A stretch of DNA of 64,000 nt from Deltaproteobacteria bacterium. Lineage in GTDB: Bacteria > Myxococcota_A > Polyangia > Fen-1088. The position numbers and the translations under genes were made by a program. Location of the stretch: NCBI GenBank assembly GCA_033763315.1, contig JANRKS010000019.1, positions 459,311 through 523,310 of the forward strand, in the 5' to 3' direction. The notes beneath the pieces are model-generated. The model saw only the letters and a list, made by a program, of their open reading frames with translations. It searched no databases and was not told the DNA's origin. Below, piece after piece: positions 39,983 through 50,146 of the stretch (position 1 is its first letter; each line of letters opens with the position of its first letter).

Positions 39983-41191
39983 ATGAACAACCACGGCCGC
40001 AAGGCTTGGGCTGCCAGGGAAGGTGTCGTAAGCTCGCCCGCCTTGTTTGCCCGTACCCTCACCGCACGCAACGCGGGCCTCGCCTGCGCGATGGTTCTGA
40101 TCGCCGCATGTAAGCCAGCCGCCGAAGCGCCGCTTGGTCCTTCCCCATCGTTCATGCTGTTGCAAGCCGAGGGCGCGGCCGACAGCCTGCCCCTTGTGAC
40201 CCCCGTCAAGGGCACCGACGGTGCTGCCGCGAACGTGACCGCCGCCCTCAACGACGGCTTCGCCGCGGAACTGTTGCGCACCGTCTATGTCACCCAGCAA
40301 TACATTCAAAATGCCCCCGGTTCGCAACCCGCCTCTGCGCGGGCCTTGGCGTGGGCCAAAGACGCGACGCCGTTTGTGTTGAACGCGCCGCAGCCGACGG
40401 GCAGGGGCGTGGCCTTACGCGGCCCCTGGCTGGGTGGCCCGTTGCTGCGCCCACAAACAAATTACATTGGTGTGCCGCTTAACAAAGAGCCTCGGCAGTT
40501 GGTGCCCGAGCTGGCTCGTTACATCGGCAGCTATCTTGGTTCCGCTGCGGCCACGGCAGGCGCGTTCGACGCGGAAACTTCCCCCTTGGCGAGCGCGTAC
40601 GCAAAGGCGATGGAGGTCATCGCGCGCGAGTGGAAGGGCACGGCGGGCGGTGGGATGAGGCCCCAGCTCAGTGAGGTGGACGGGAACCTTTTTGCGGGCG
40701 TGCGCGAGAATCGTTTTGTGTTGGACGCGCAAGGCAAGCTTCGCCCCCCCTTGGACTTGCTTGGCGATGAAGGGGTTGCGGCCACGGTGTTTTACCGCTG
40801 GTTCCAGGACAAGCAGCTGATGAAGACGGTGGCGGATGATGCGTTCTACGCACCGTTGAAGTCGGATCGCATCCCCCCCGGGGTGAGCCCCGCGGTCGTG
40901 CTCGGCACGTTCCGTAATCTCCAGATGAAGGTACTGGGCGCTTGGATTGATGCCGTCCGCGCGGGGCACGGACCCAAGAACATCGCCGATCTCGTGAGGC
41001 TTTACGGCCAGCGGTTTCCTGCGGAGCGCGCGGCCGTGATTCGTTTGTTTGTGGCCACCACCTATGGCGCCACGGTGAAGCCGCCGGGGCTTTCGCCCAA
41101 ACCCGAAGACGCCACAACCACATTGGCGGCGCTTACGGCGTTGTCTGACGACGTGATATCTGGCAAAACGCCTTTGCTCTCCTTACCTTAG
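39983..41191 (+). CDS. Hypothetical protein (probable lipoprotein)
   Basis: 402-aa ORF starting 3 bp after the previous stop; LIAAC lipobox-like motif; no family recognised. Confidence 0.65.
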   Translation: MNNHGRKAWAAREGVVSSPALFARTLTARNAGLACAMVLIAACKPAAEAPLGPSPSFMLLQAEGAADSLPLVTPVKGTDGAAANVTAALNDGFAAELLRTVYVTQQYIQNAPGSQPASARALAWAKDATPFVLNAPQPTGRGVALRGPWLGGPLLRPQTNYIGVPLNKEPRQLVPELARYIGSYLGSAAATAGAFDAETSPLASAYAKAMEVIAREWKGTAGGGMRPQLSEVDGNLFAGVRENRFVLDAQGKLRPPLDLLGDEGVAATVFYRWFQDKQLMKTVADDAFYAPLKSDRIPPGVSPAVVLGTFRNLQMKVLGAWIDAVRAGHGPKNIADLVRLYGQRFPAERAAVIRLFVATTYGATVKPPGLSPKPEDATTTLAALTALSDDVISGKTPLLSLP

Positions 41192-41239
41192 CGCTTTCCC
41201 TTTGGCTTTTACTTTCACTTTTGTTCTAAGCACACACAC

Positions 41240-42220
41240 ATGACCCAACCTTCACCTTTGGCAGGCAAGCGCATCGTCGTCACCGGCGGCCGCGGCTTTT
41301 TGGGCAGCTTCGTTGTCGAGAAACTGCGGGCGCGTGGCGCGGCAGAGATCTTTGCCCCCAATAGCTCCCAATACGACCTGGTCAACCGCGAGGCTTGCCA
41401 GCAACTGCTGGCGGACACGCAACCGGATCTGGTGTTTCACCTGGCGGCCCGCGTGGGTGGCATCGGTGCCAACCAGAAGAATCCGGGGCGCTTCCTGTTC
41501 GAGAACGCCATGATGGCGCTGCACCTGTTTGAGGAATGCCGTTTGGCCGGCGTAAAGAAGCTGGTGGCCGCGGGGACCATCTGCGCTTATCCCAAATTCG
41601 CCCCCATTCCGTTCAAAGAGGACGACATCTGGAACGGTTATCCCGAAGAAACCAACGCCCCTTACGGCGTCGCCAAGAAGATGATGATCGTGCAGTCTTC
41701 GGCTTACCGGGATCAATACAACTTCAACAGCATCGTGCTGTTCCCCGTGAACCTCTACGGCCCGCGCGACAACTTCGATCTCGAAAGCTCGCACGTCATT
41801 CCAGCGATGATTCGCAAGTGCCTTGAGGCGAAAGACCAAGGCCACAAAGAAGTGGTGCTGTGGGGCGACGGCTCGCCCACGCGCGAGTTCCTTTATGTTG
41901 AGGATGCCGCCGAAGGCCTGATCCGGGGCGCTGAATCTTATGATTCAAGCGATCCCGTGAACCTTGGTTCGGGCGAGGAAATCAGCATCAAAGCGCTTGC
42001 AGAACTGATTGCCCAAGCCACAGGCTTTACCGGACAATTCCGTTGGGACACCTCACGGCCCAATGGCCAACCGCGCCGCCGCCTGGACGTCACACGGGCC
42101 AAAGAGCGATTTGATTTTTCAGCGCAAGTGTCATTCAAAGAAGGGATCACGCGCACCGTGAACTGGTTCGTAAATTCACAAATGACCGCCCACACGGCAT
42201 TGTCGGGAGCACAACGATGA
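41240..42220 (+). CDS. fcl: GDP-L-fucose synthase
   Basis: [51 protein letters not shown]. Confidence 0.96.
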   Translation: MTQPSPLAGKRIVVTGGRGFLGSFVVEKLRARGAAEIFAPNSSQYDLVNREACQQLLADTQPDLVFHLAARVGGIGANQKNPGRFLFENAMMALHLFEECRLAGVKKLVAAGTICAYPKFAPIPFKEDDIWNGYPEETNAPYGVAKKMMIVQSSAYRDQYNFNSIVLFPVNLYGPRDNFDLESSHVIPAMIRKCLEAKDQGHKEVVLWGDGSPTREFLYVEDAAEGLIRGAESYDSSDPVNLGSGEEISIKALAELIAQATGFTGQFRWDTSRPNGQPRRRLDVTRAKERFDFSAQVSFKEGITRTVNWFVNSQMTAHTALSGAQR

Positions 42221-43248
42221 GCGACGTCACAAAGAAAGCAGAACCCCGCAAGGCCTTGATCACGGGCATCACCGGACAAGATGGCTCTTACTTGGCCGAG
42301 CTCTTGTTGAAAAAGGGCTACGAGGTTCATGGCGTTGTACGCCGTTCCAGCTCGTTCAACACCGAACGCCTTGAAGACATTTACCAAGATCCGCACACCG
42401 AAAATTATCGACTCCGCCTGGTGTATGGCGATTTGGACGACGCCAGCTCGCTCAACCGCATTCTTGAAACGGTTCGCCCAGACGAAATCTATAACCTGGG
42501 TGCGCAAAGCCACGTGCGTGTGAGCTTCGACGTTCCGGAATACACATGCAATACCGTGGGCATGGGCACGCTGCGTTTGCTCGAAGCCATGCGCGAGATC
42601 GTGCCGAGGAGCCGGTTTTACCAAGCCTCGTCGTCAGAGATGTTTGGCGCGGCGAAACCTCCGCAAAGCGAGACCACGCCGTTTCAGCCGCAATCGCCTT
42701 ATGCGTGCGCCAAGGTCTTCGCGCACCAACTTTGCCAAAATTACCGCGCGGCTTACGGGCTGTTCATCAGCTGCGGCATTTTGTTCAACCACGAAAGCCC
42801 GCGCCGTGGCGTTCCCTTCGTCACGCGCAAGATCACGCGCGCGGCAGCCCGCATCAAGCATGGCCTTGAGAAGAAGCTGTTTTTGGGCAACCTTGAAGCC
42901 AAGCGCGACTGGGGCTTTGCGGGCGACTATGTGGAAGCGATGTGGTTGATGCTTCAACACGACAAACCCGATGATTTCGTCGTGGCGACCGGTGAATCGC
43001 ATTCGGTGAAGGAGTGTTTAGAGGTCGCTTTCAAAACGATGGGCCTCAATTGGGAAGAACACGTGGAGATCGATCCGCGTTACTTCCGCCCCACCGAAGT
43101 GGATCACTTGTTGGGTGATGCCAGCAAGGCGAAGCGGGAACTGAAGTGGGATCCGAAAGTTCGCTTCCGCGAGTTGGTCGAGATGATGGTGCGCGCCGAT
43201 GAGGCGGATCTCCGTGCGTCTTTGGCTGGCCGCGCGCCTGCCCGCTAA
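42217..43248 (+). CDS. gmd: GDP-mannose 4,6-dehydratase
   Basis: [51 protein letters not shown]. Confidence 0.98.
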   Translation: MSDVTKKAEPRKALITGITGQDGSYLAELLLKKGYEVHGVVRRSSSFNTERLEDIYQDPHTENYRLRLVYGDLDDASSLNRILETVRPDEIYNLGAQSHVRVSFDVPEYTCNTVGMGTLRLLEAMREIVPRSRFYQASSSEMFGAAKPPQSETTPFQPQSPYACAKVFAHQLCQNYRAAYGLFISCGILFNHESPRRGVPFVTRKITRAAARIKHGLEKKLFLGNLEAKRDWGFAGDYVEAMWLMLQHDKPDDFVVATGESHSVKECLEVAFKTMGLNWEEHVEIDPRYFRPTEVDHLLGDASKAKRELKWDPKVRFRELVEMMVRADEADLRASLAGRAPAR

Positions 43249-43269
43249 GCTCAAGCGAGGAACATAAAC

Positions 43270-44127
43270 ATGACCACCCTCACCGCGATCATTCTGGGCG
43301 CACAGGGCACGTTGGGCAAAGCGTTGGCAGACAACCTGCCGCGCTTGGGCATCCACGTGCTGGCCGCGCACACGCGCGCCACGTGCGACATCGTGGATCA
43401 CAGCGCGGTGGAGGGGGCCTTGCTGAGCGCCCGACCGAATTTGGTGTTCAACGCCGCGGCCTACACAAATGTGGACAAGGCCGAGGACGAGCCAGATCCG
43501 TGCTACATCGCGAACGCCATCGGCCCGCAAAATGTGGCGCACGCCTGCGCGCGCGTGGGTGCCAAGCTTGTTCACTACTCCACCGACTTCGTGTTCGACG
43601 GCGAGCAAGAGCGGCCTTACGACGAGTTCGATCCGGTCTCTCCGCAGGGCGTCTACGCCCGCAGCAAAGTGGCCGGTGAGCGGCTGGTGATGGCGGCGTG
43701 GGCGCAAAGCTTTGTCATGCGCGTGGGCTGCCTCTATGGGCGCGGCGGTCGCAACTTTCCAAGCACGATCTTGGATCGTCTGAAGCGGGGCGAGGCCATC
43801 AAAGCCGATGCCGAACGCAAGGGCTCACCCACCTGGGTTGTGCCGGTGGTGGAAGCCTCCGCCGCCTTGGCGCGCTCGGAATGGTTTGGGCTTTATCACA
43901 GCACCGCCAATGGCGAGACCACCTGGGCCGATTACGCTCATTTCTTGGCCGCCCAGATCGGCGCGCCCACGGGCAACGTCACGGCGTTGCCCTATGGAGC
44001 TCTGTCGCTCAAAGCGCCGCGCCCACGCCGGTCGATCCTGGACAACCGCATGCTGCGTTTGCGTGGGCTTGACGTGCTCGGCACGTGGCAAGACCAAGCG
44101 CTGCGCTACCTGCAGTCAGAAGGCTGA
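43270..44127 (+). CDS. rfbD: dTDP-4-dehydrorhamnose reductase
   Basis: GAQGTLG, NAAAYTNVDKAE, YSTDFVFDG, YARSKVAGE, APRP..S.L. Confidence 0.95.
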   Translation: MTTLTAIILGAQGTLGKALADNLPRLGIHVLAAHTRATCDIVDHSAVEGALLSARPNLVFNAAAYTNVDKAEDEPDPCYIANAIGPQNVAHACARVGAKLVHYSTDFVFDGEQERPYDEFDPVSPQGVYARSKVAGERLVMAAWAQSFVMRVGCLYGRGGRNFPSTILDRLKRGEAIKADAERKGSPTWVVPVVEASAALARSEWFGLYHSTANGETTWADYAHFLAAQIGAPTGNVTALPYGALSLKAPRPRRSILDNRMLRLRGLDVLGTWQDQALRYLQSEG

Positions 44128-44158
44128 AAAAACAACGGGCGCCTCGCGACGCCCGTTG
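44127..44158 (-). terminator. Hairpin between convergent rfbD and rfbA
   Basis: CAACGGGCG-8 nt-CGCCCGTTG, preceded by an A6 run that reads as a U-tract on the minus strand. Confidence 0.6.
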
Positions 44159-44174
44159 CTTGCGGCGGCTGCGC

Positions 44175-44915
44175 TTATTCGGCTGGCCCTTCGAGCGTCC
44201 ACGCCAGGTCGTTCGCCTGCCGCAACGAGGGGAACGTGCCGGCATCGGTCCACCAACCTGGAAGCTCATTCCAAGACAGTGTGCCCCGCGCGATGTACGC
44301 GTTGTTCACGTCGGTGATCTCAAGTTCGCCACGGCCTGACGGCTTGAGCGTGTCGATGATGTTGAACACCTCTTCGTCGTAAAAGTACACGCCGGTGACG
44401 GCCAGATCGCTGGGGGGATCTTTGGGCTTCTCGATGATTCTGGTCACCTTGTTGCCCTCGGTCACCGCCACGCCATAGCGGCCCGGATCATGAACCTTCT
44501 GCACCAAGATCTTGGCGCCGGCCTGTTGTTCGCGGAAGGCATCGGCGAAAGGCTTGATCGAGTTTTGAAAGATGTTGTCGCCCAAAATGACGGCCAATCG
44601 ACCGCCGCGGCCAAAGCGGCGCGCCAAGCCCAAGGCCTGCGCAATGCCGCCCGCTTGATCCTGAACGCGGTAGGTGAACTCGCAACCGAACTCGTGACCG
44701 CTGCCCAACAACGCCACCACGTCGCCCATGTGCTCAGTGCCGGTGACGATCAAGATCTCCTTAATCCCGGCCTCAAGCATCTTGCGCACGGGGTGGAAAA
44801 TCATCGGCTCACGCCCAACCGGCAACAGGTGCTTGTTCGTTACCTTGGTCAAGGGGAACAAGCGTGAGCCTGTGCCGCCAGCCAAAACAACGCCCCTCAG
44901 ATCCGTCTCTTTCAT
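44175..44915 (-). CDS. rfbA: Glucose-1-phosphate thymidylyltransferase (short form)
   Basis: LAGGTGSRLFPLT..NKHLLPV, GIAQA, LGDNIF, EKP, GRGELEITDVN, WTDAGT. Confidence 0.9.
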   Translation of the reverse strand: MKETDLRGVVLAGGTGSRLFPLTKVTNKHLLPVGREPMIFHPVRKMLEAGIKEILIVTGTEHMGDVVALLGSGHEFGCEFTYRVQDQAGGIAQALGLARRFGRGGRLAVILGDNIFQNSIKPFADAFREQQAGAKILVQKVHDPGRYGVAVTEGNKVTRIIEKPKDPPSDLAVTGVYFYDEEVFNIIDTLKPSGRGELEITDVNNAYIARGTLSWNELPGWWTDAGTFPSLRQANDLAWTLEGPAE

Positions 44916-44963
44916 GGTTTCTGCCTGCTTTTCTTGATCGTCGCCCAAGCTAAGTGTGGCGCC

Positions 44964-45974
44964 CTAGATGGCGCCGTATTGCTGCTGATAATACTCGCGG
45001 TAAGCGCCGCTGCGAACCCGCTCCCACCACGTTTTATTGCTGCGGTACCACGCCACCGTCTCAGCCAGACCTTGCTCAAAGTCGCGCGTGGGCTTCCAGC
45101 CAAGCTGCGAGCGGATCTTCGAGGCGTCCATCGCGTAACGGCGATCGTGGCCCGGCCGGTCAGCGACGTATTTGATCAGTGAGTCGCTTGCGCCCGTGAG
45201 ACGCAAAATGTCGCGAATCACCGACAAATTGGGACGATCGTTTTCGGCGCCGATATTGTAAACGTGGCCCGTGGTGCCGCGCGTGAGCACCAAATCGATC
45301 GCCGCGGCATGATCTTCCACGTGGATCCAATCGCGCACTTGCATCCCGTCGCCATAAACAGGCAGCGGTTTGCCTTCAAAGGCGTTCAAAATCATCAGCG
45401 GGATCAGCTTCTCGGGAAACTGAAAGGGCCCGTAATTGTTCGAGCAGCGGGTGGTCACAGTCTCCAGCCCGTGCGTGTGATGGAACGCGCTCACCAAGTG
45501 GTCGGCGGCGGTTTTGCTGGCGGAGTAGGGGCTGCGCGGGTCAATCGGGGACGTTTCGCTGAACGCGCCGGTGGGCCCCAACGAGCCATAAACCTCGTCG
45601 GTAGAAACCTGCAAGAACCGTTTGAGCTTGCTGTCCTTGGCGGCTTCAAGCAGCGCAAGCGTGCCTTGCACGTTGGTTTCCACGAACGGCGCGGCCGACA
45701 TGATGCTGCGATCCACGTGGCTTTCAGCCGCGAAGTTCACGATGGCGTCAATCTGGTGCTCGGCGATGAGCTTACGTACCAAAGCGCCGTCACGAATGTC
45801 GCCCTTGACGAACACGTGCCCCGGATCGCTTTTCAGGTCAGCCAATGATTCAAGGTTGCCCGCGTAGGTTAGGACGTCGAGATTCACAACCTTAGACGCT
45901 GGCCGCAAACGGCGCACAAGCCGCACGTAACACTGGCCGATGAAGCCGGCCCCTCCGGTGACAATCAGATTCAC
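44964..45974 (-). CDS. rfbB: dTDP-glucose 4,6-dehydratase
   Basis: TGGAGFIG, TYAGN, AAESHVDRS, STDEVYG, PYSASK, SNNYGP.QFPEKLIP, DRPGHDRRY. Confidence 0.97.
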   Translation of the reverse strand: MNLIVTGGAGFIGQCYVRLVRRLRPASKVVNLDVLTYAGNLESLADLKSDPGHVFVKGDIRDGALVRKLIAEHQIDAIVNFAAESHVDRSIMSAAPFVETNVQGTLALLEAAKDSKLKRFLQVSTDEVYGSLGPTGAFSETSPIDPRSPYSASKTAADHLVSAFHHTHGLETVTTRCSNNYGPFQFPEKLIPLMILNAFEGKPLPVYGDGMQVRDWIHVEDHAAAIDLVLTRGTTGHVYNIGAENDRPNLSVIRDILRLTGASDSLIKYVADRPGHDRRYAMDASKIRSQLGWKPTRDFEQGLAETVAWYRSNKTWWERVRSGAYREYYQQQYGAI

Positions 45975-46067
45975 AGGCCGAGACTTAGCCCAGCAACGCC
46001 GTGGCTGTCAAAGGTTGGCGTTAAGCGGCTCGACAAACTACGGGGTTTGCGGTTGACTGAGCGCCCC

Positions 46068-46799
46068 GTGACCGCCCCCCCAACTACGCTTATCGTCATT
46101 CCTACTTACAACGAGCGTGAATGCCTGCCCGAAATTGTGGCCGCCGTTCGTAACGCCGTCCCGTACGCAACGATTCAGATCGTCGACGACAACTCACCCG
46201 ATGGCACGGGCGCTTTGGCCGATGACCTGGCCGCGGCCGATCCGCAAGTGCGCGTCCTTCACAGAACGGGTAAAGCTGGTTTGGGCGCCGCCTACTTGGA
46301 CGCTTTCGGCCGCGCCTTGGCCGAAGACACCTGGGATCGCGTGGTTCAAATGGACGCTGATTTTTCGCACGCCCCCGCGGATGTGCCCCGTCTTCTGGCG
46401 GCGCTTGATGCCGGCGCAGACCTGGCGGTGGGCTCGCGTTACACCAGCGGCGGCGGCACGCGCAACTGGGGGCTCGGCCGGCGTATCATCAGCCGCGGTG
46501 GTGGCACGTATGCGCGCGTCGTGCTGGGCGTGGGCGTGCATGACCTCACGGCGGGCTTTAAGGCCTGGAAGGTCCAAACTCTGCGCAACATCAACCTGGC
46601 AGCGGTGGGCGCGCGCGGCTACGGCTTTCAAATCGAGATGACTTTCCGTGTGCTTCGCAACGGCATGAAGGTCACCGAAGTGCCGATCTTGTTCGAGGAC
46701 CGCCGCGTGGGCGAATCCAAGATGTCGGGCAGCATCTTCTTCGAGGCTGCGTCGTTGGTGTGGCGCCTTCGCCGTTCCATTCCAGTGGGCCGTGGGTGA
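46068..46799 (+). CDS. Polyprenol monophosphomannose synthase (Ppm1/DPM1-like GT2)
   Basis: IPTYNE, VDDNSPDGTG, GLGAAY, MDADFSH, GSRY, DLTAGFK, GYGFQIEM, DRRVGESKMS. Confidence 0.92.
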   Translation: MTAPPTTLIVIPTYNERECLPEIVAAVRNAVPYATIQIVDDNSPDGTGALADDLAAADPQVRVLHRTGKAGLGAAYLDAFGRALAEDTWDRVVQMDADFSHAPADVPRLLAALDAGADLAVGSRYTSGGGTRNWGLGRRIISRGGGTYARVVLGVGVHDLTAGFKAWKVQTLRNINLAAVGARGYGFQIEMTFRVLRNGMKVTEVPILFEDRRVGESKMSGSIFFEAASLVWRLRRSIPVGRG

Positions 46800-48297
46800 A
46801 CCTCAAAGCGTTGAGCCGCCCACCCGGCGGGTGCTGGCCTTCGGAGCGATCCTGTGGCTGACCTTCGCGTTCTTTATCCCCGCCGCGTCGTGGAACCCCA
46901 ACGCTCGCTTTGATTTAACTTTGGCGTTGGTCCACCACCAACAGCTGAACATCGACGCCTACCACGCCAACACGGGCGATAAAGCCCACTTCGGCGGCCA
47001 TTATTATTGCGACAAAGCGCCAGGCGTCTCGCTCTTGGCGGTGCCGGCCTACGCCGTGTTCGCGGCCGCGCGGCAAGCCCTTGGTTGGCCGTCGCCAAGC
47101 GTTGTTACGGTGGGGCGTGATGGTTCCGCCTACGCCACCCCGCGCGGTGACGGGCGCGACGACGTGCTTCTCAATGGCGGGTTTCGCTGGGGACAATACA
47201 CCTGCACAGTGTTCACCTCCGGCCTGGCGGGCGCCGCCTTGGGCATGATGCTGATGGCCGCCGCCTATCGAAATGGCCGATCGCTGGCCGACTCCACCGC
47301 CATCGCCATCGCCGCGACGTTGGGCACCTTGCTGTTCCCCTACAGCACAAGCTTTTACGGCCACGTGCCGGCGGCGGCTTTGGCGTTTGGCAGCTTTGTT
47401 TTGCTAGCCGCTCCGGGCCCCAAGGCGAAGCTCTTCTTTGCCGGATCGCTGGCTGCCGCCGCCGTGGCGTGTGAATGGCCTGCGGCCTTGATCGCCTTGG
47501 CACTCACGGGATTCATCGTGCACCAACACTCATGGCGCGCCCTGGCCCCCTGGTGCTTGGGCGCCGCTTTGCCCGCGCTCGGCGTCGCGCTTTACAACCA
47601 CTGCGCTTTTGGCAGTGTGCTTGGCTCGGGTTACACGCATCTGGTTGATCCGCGCTTCGCGGCCGGCATGTCACGCGGCTTGATGGGCATCACGTGGCCA
47701 TCGCCGCGTGTGCTGTTGGCTGAGTTGTTCGGCCGCTCCCGTGGCTTGTTTTATACAGGCCCCGTACTGCTGCTGGCCACGGCGGGGCTGTGGCGCCCCA
47801 CAGGCGCGACACGGTTGTTGGCGTCAGCCGTTGTCGCAAGCTTTCTGCTGCTTTCCGCGGGGTATTTCATGTGGTGGGGCGGAGCCGCCTTTGGGCCGCG
47901 CCACGTGATTCCAGCGCTGCCGTTTTGGTGTTTGGGCCTGCTGTGGGCCTGGCCCTCATCCACCCAGAACGACATTGGCGGTGCGCCTCACCGCGCCCGC
48001 GATCGTTGGCATGGCCACCTCACGTTCGCCTGCGTGGCCTGGTCAGTGGCCAACATGACGTTGGGCACGGCCGTTGGATTTGAGGCGCCTTTGACCACCG
48101 ATTTGTTGTTCCGCTACACATACCCGTTGGCCGTGCGCGGCCAAATCCCGTTCATGCCCGGCGGTTCCAACCTGGGACGCTTGCTTGGCTTGCCGGGCCC
48201 GCTATCACTACTGCCCCTCGTCTTGGTATGGGGTGCGTACATCAGCTGGGTGTGGCGGTGGCTGCCATTGCCACCCCAGTTGCAGCCGAAGGATTAA
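46792..48297 (+). CDS. Polytopic membrane protein, probable GT-C glycosyltransferase
   Basis: Many TM segments; N-terminal loop NARF..GDKA..GHYYCDKAPG; WWGG..FGPRH motif; overlaps the upstream GT2. Confidence 0.6.
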   Translation: MGEPQSVEPPTRRVLAFGAILWLTFAFFIPAASWNPNARFDLTLALVHHQQLNIDAYHANTGDKAHFGGHYYCDKAPGVSLLAVPAYAVFAAARQALGWPSPSVVTVGRDGSAYATPRGDGRDDVLLNGGFRWGQYTCTVFTSGLAGAALGMMLMAAAYRNGRSLADSTAIAIAATLGTLLFPYSTSFYGHVPAAALAFGSFVLLAAPGPKAKLFFAGSLAAAAVACEWPAALIALALTGFIVHQHSWRALAPWCLGAALPALGVALYNHCAFGSVLGSGYTHLVDPRFAAGMSRGLMGITWPSPRVLLAELFGRSRGLFYTGPVLLLATAGLWRPTGATRLLASAVVASFLLLSAGYFMWWGGAAFGPRHVIPALPFWCLGLLWAWPSSTQNDIGGAPHRARDRWHGHLTFACVAWSVANMTLGTAVGFEAPLTTDLLFRYTYPLAVRGQIPFMPGGSNLGRLLGLPGPLSLLPLVLVWGAYISWVWRWLPLPPQLQPKD

Positions 48298-48303
48298 CTG
48301 TTT

Positions 48304-50082
48304 ATGAGCGAGCCCACGTCACCAGGTTCATTGGTGGTTGTTGACGAAGACAGCACCCGCGCGCCCGAACGTCTGGCCGTGGCCATCATCGTGGTGCTTA
48401 TCGGCGCGTTCTTGGGCCAAGTGCTGCGCTTCCCGTTCATCTACGACGATCACTGGACCATCGTTCACAACCCCGTGGTCACAAGCCTGTGGAACCTGCC
48501 GAGCCTGCTGGGGTTTCGTTTTGCCGCCGAAGGCGTGCCCGACGCTGGCCGCCCCACGATGCTGGCGACGATCCTTTTGGACGTGAAGCTGTGGGGTTTC
48601 GTGCCGCTTGGTTTTCACCTGCAAAACTTGTTTTGGCACGCGGCCGCTTCGGTGTTCGTGCTTTTCGGTTTGCGGCACGTGACGATGTCGTTGCCGGTGG
48701 CACTGTTCGGCGCCTCGCTGTTTGCGGTGCATCCCCTCAATGTCGAAGCCGTCACCGTGGTGAATTACCGCGAGGATCTTCTGGTTGGCACGTTCTTGTT
48801 GGCGGCGTTGTTCGCGATGGGTGCGGGTCGACGCTCGCTGGCCGCGGGCAAAAAACGCGGTTTTAAGACCCTGGCCTTCATCTTGTTCGTCATCGCGGCG
48901 TTCGCGAAAGAGTCGGCCTATGTCGCGCCTTTGTTGGTGCTGGTGCTTGATTGGCTTCCGCCGCCACGCCTGCATCCGGCCATCCCCGCGCGCGGTTTGC
49001 CCCCTGGGCGCGACCCGCGCGAACGCTGGCTCGACGCCACGATGGCCACGGCCGCGGTGGCGCTGGTGTTCGTGTGGCGCGCGCTGGCGATCGGCCGCAT
49101 GGCCACGGTCTCAACCACGGCCGAGGTGGGCGCCGCCGGCGTGTTCTTGCGCCTCGTCGAAGGCTGCCATGCCTTCATCGCGGGCCTGTTCCAAGTGGTG
49201 GCGCCACGAGGTCTTTCGCCCGAATACGATCCCGCGACCGTCGATGGCTTTGGTCTGTTCATGGGTGCGCTTGCCATCCTTGTGACCGCCGCGCTTGGCC
49301 TTGTGGTTTACCTGCTGCGCCGGCGCGCATCGCTTGTGGCATTGGGCTTGGCCTTCGCTTTGGTGGCGTATCTGCCCACGCTTGGGTTCATTGGCATCAC
49401 GAACGAACGCGCCGATCGCTATTTCTACGTACCGATGATGGGCCTTGTGCTGGTGGTGGTCTCGGGCCTGTCACACGCCACCGAGTGGCTAAACAGAAAA
49501 CTGCGAAAGGGCCGCCCGCCCATTGCCATCCTGGGCACCCCGGTGGTGTGGCTGATCGCTGCGGCTGCGGTGGCTGGCAGCGGCATGCTGGCTCGCGCCC
49601 AATCCACGGTGTGGGCCGACGAGGAATTGATGTGGGCGCGCTCGATACGGGTGGCGCCCAATTCGCCGCGCGCCTGGGCCGGGTACGCCTCAAGCTTGCT
49701 TGAGAAACGCAAGAATCAAGAGGCAGAAATGGCCGTTTCGGCGGGCCTGCAACGCTTCAATGAAGATTCGCGTCTGCGCGAACTGCTGGCGTTGGTGTAC
49801 ATGAACGAAGGCTCGTTCGTCAGCGCCTGCAGCGTGCTGAAGGAAACGGCCGACGACGGCGCCGCATACGAGCGAGCCCAACGCGCCAGCAACCTGGGTT
49901 ACTGCTTGATGCAGATCGGCCGCCTGGAAGAAGCCTTGCCGCACTTCGAGAAGTCGCGAAAGCTGGCGCCCTGGTTCGATCAAGCGTGGACAAACGAAGC
50001 TGAAGCTTTGCGACGCTTGGGTCGCGAGACAGAAGCAAAACAGCTCATCGATCAGCTCAACGCCCGCGAACACCGCGAATAA
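48304..50082 (+). CDS. TMTC-like (GT-C + TPR) membrane protein
   Basis: FIYDD..IVHNP, RP, GFHLQNL.WH, LFAVHPLNVEAV, AKES, ADRYFYVP, W.DE..W, C-terminal TPRs. Confidence 0.85.
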   Translation: MSEPTSPGSLVVVDEDSTRAPERLAVAIIVVLIGAFLGQVLRFPFIYDDHWTIVHNPVVTSLWNLPSLLGFRFAAEGVPDAGRPTMLATILLDVKLWGFVPLGFHLQNLFWHAAASVFVLFGLRHVTMSLPVALFGASLFAVHPLNVEAVTVVNYREDLLVGTFLLAALFAMGAGRRSLAAGKKRGFKTLAFILFVIAAFAKESAYVAPLLVLVLDWLPPPRLHPAIPARGLPPGRDPRERWLDATMATAAVALVFVWRALAIGRMATVSTTAEVGAAGVFLRLVEGCHAFIAGLFQVVAPRGLSPEYDPATVDGFGLFMGALAILVTAALGLVVYLLRRRASLVALGLAFALVAYLPTLGFIGITNERADRYFYVPMMGLVLVVVSGLSHATEWLNRKLRKGRPPIAILGTPVVWLIAAAAVAGSGMLARAQSTVWADEELMWARSIRVAPNSPRAWAGYASSLLEKRKNQEAEMAVSAGLQRFNEDSRLRELLALVYMNEGSFVSACSVLKETADDGAAYERAQRASNLGYCLMQIGRLEEALPHFEKSRKLAPWFDQAWTNEAEALRRLGRETEAKQLIDQLNAREHRE

Positions 50083-50092
50083 CCAGGGCATG

Positions 50093-50131
50093 AAAAAAGC
50101 CTCCGGCCCTGGCGTGGGCGGGAGGCTTTTT
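50093..50131. terminator. Bidirectional intrinsic terminator
   Basis: AAAAAAGCCTCC...GGAGGCTTTTT between convergent genes. Confidence 0.85.
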
Positions 50132-50146
50132 CGGGAAGCGACGGGC

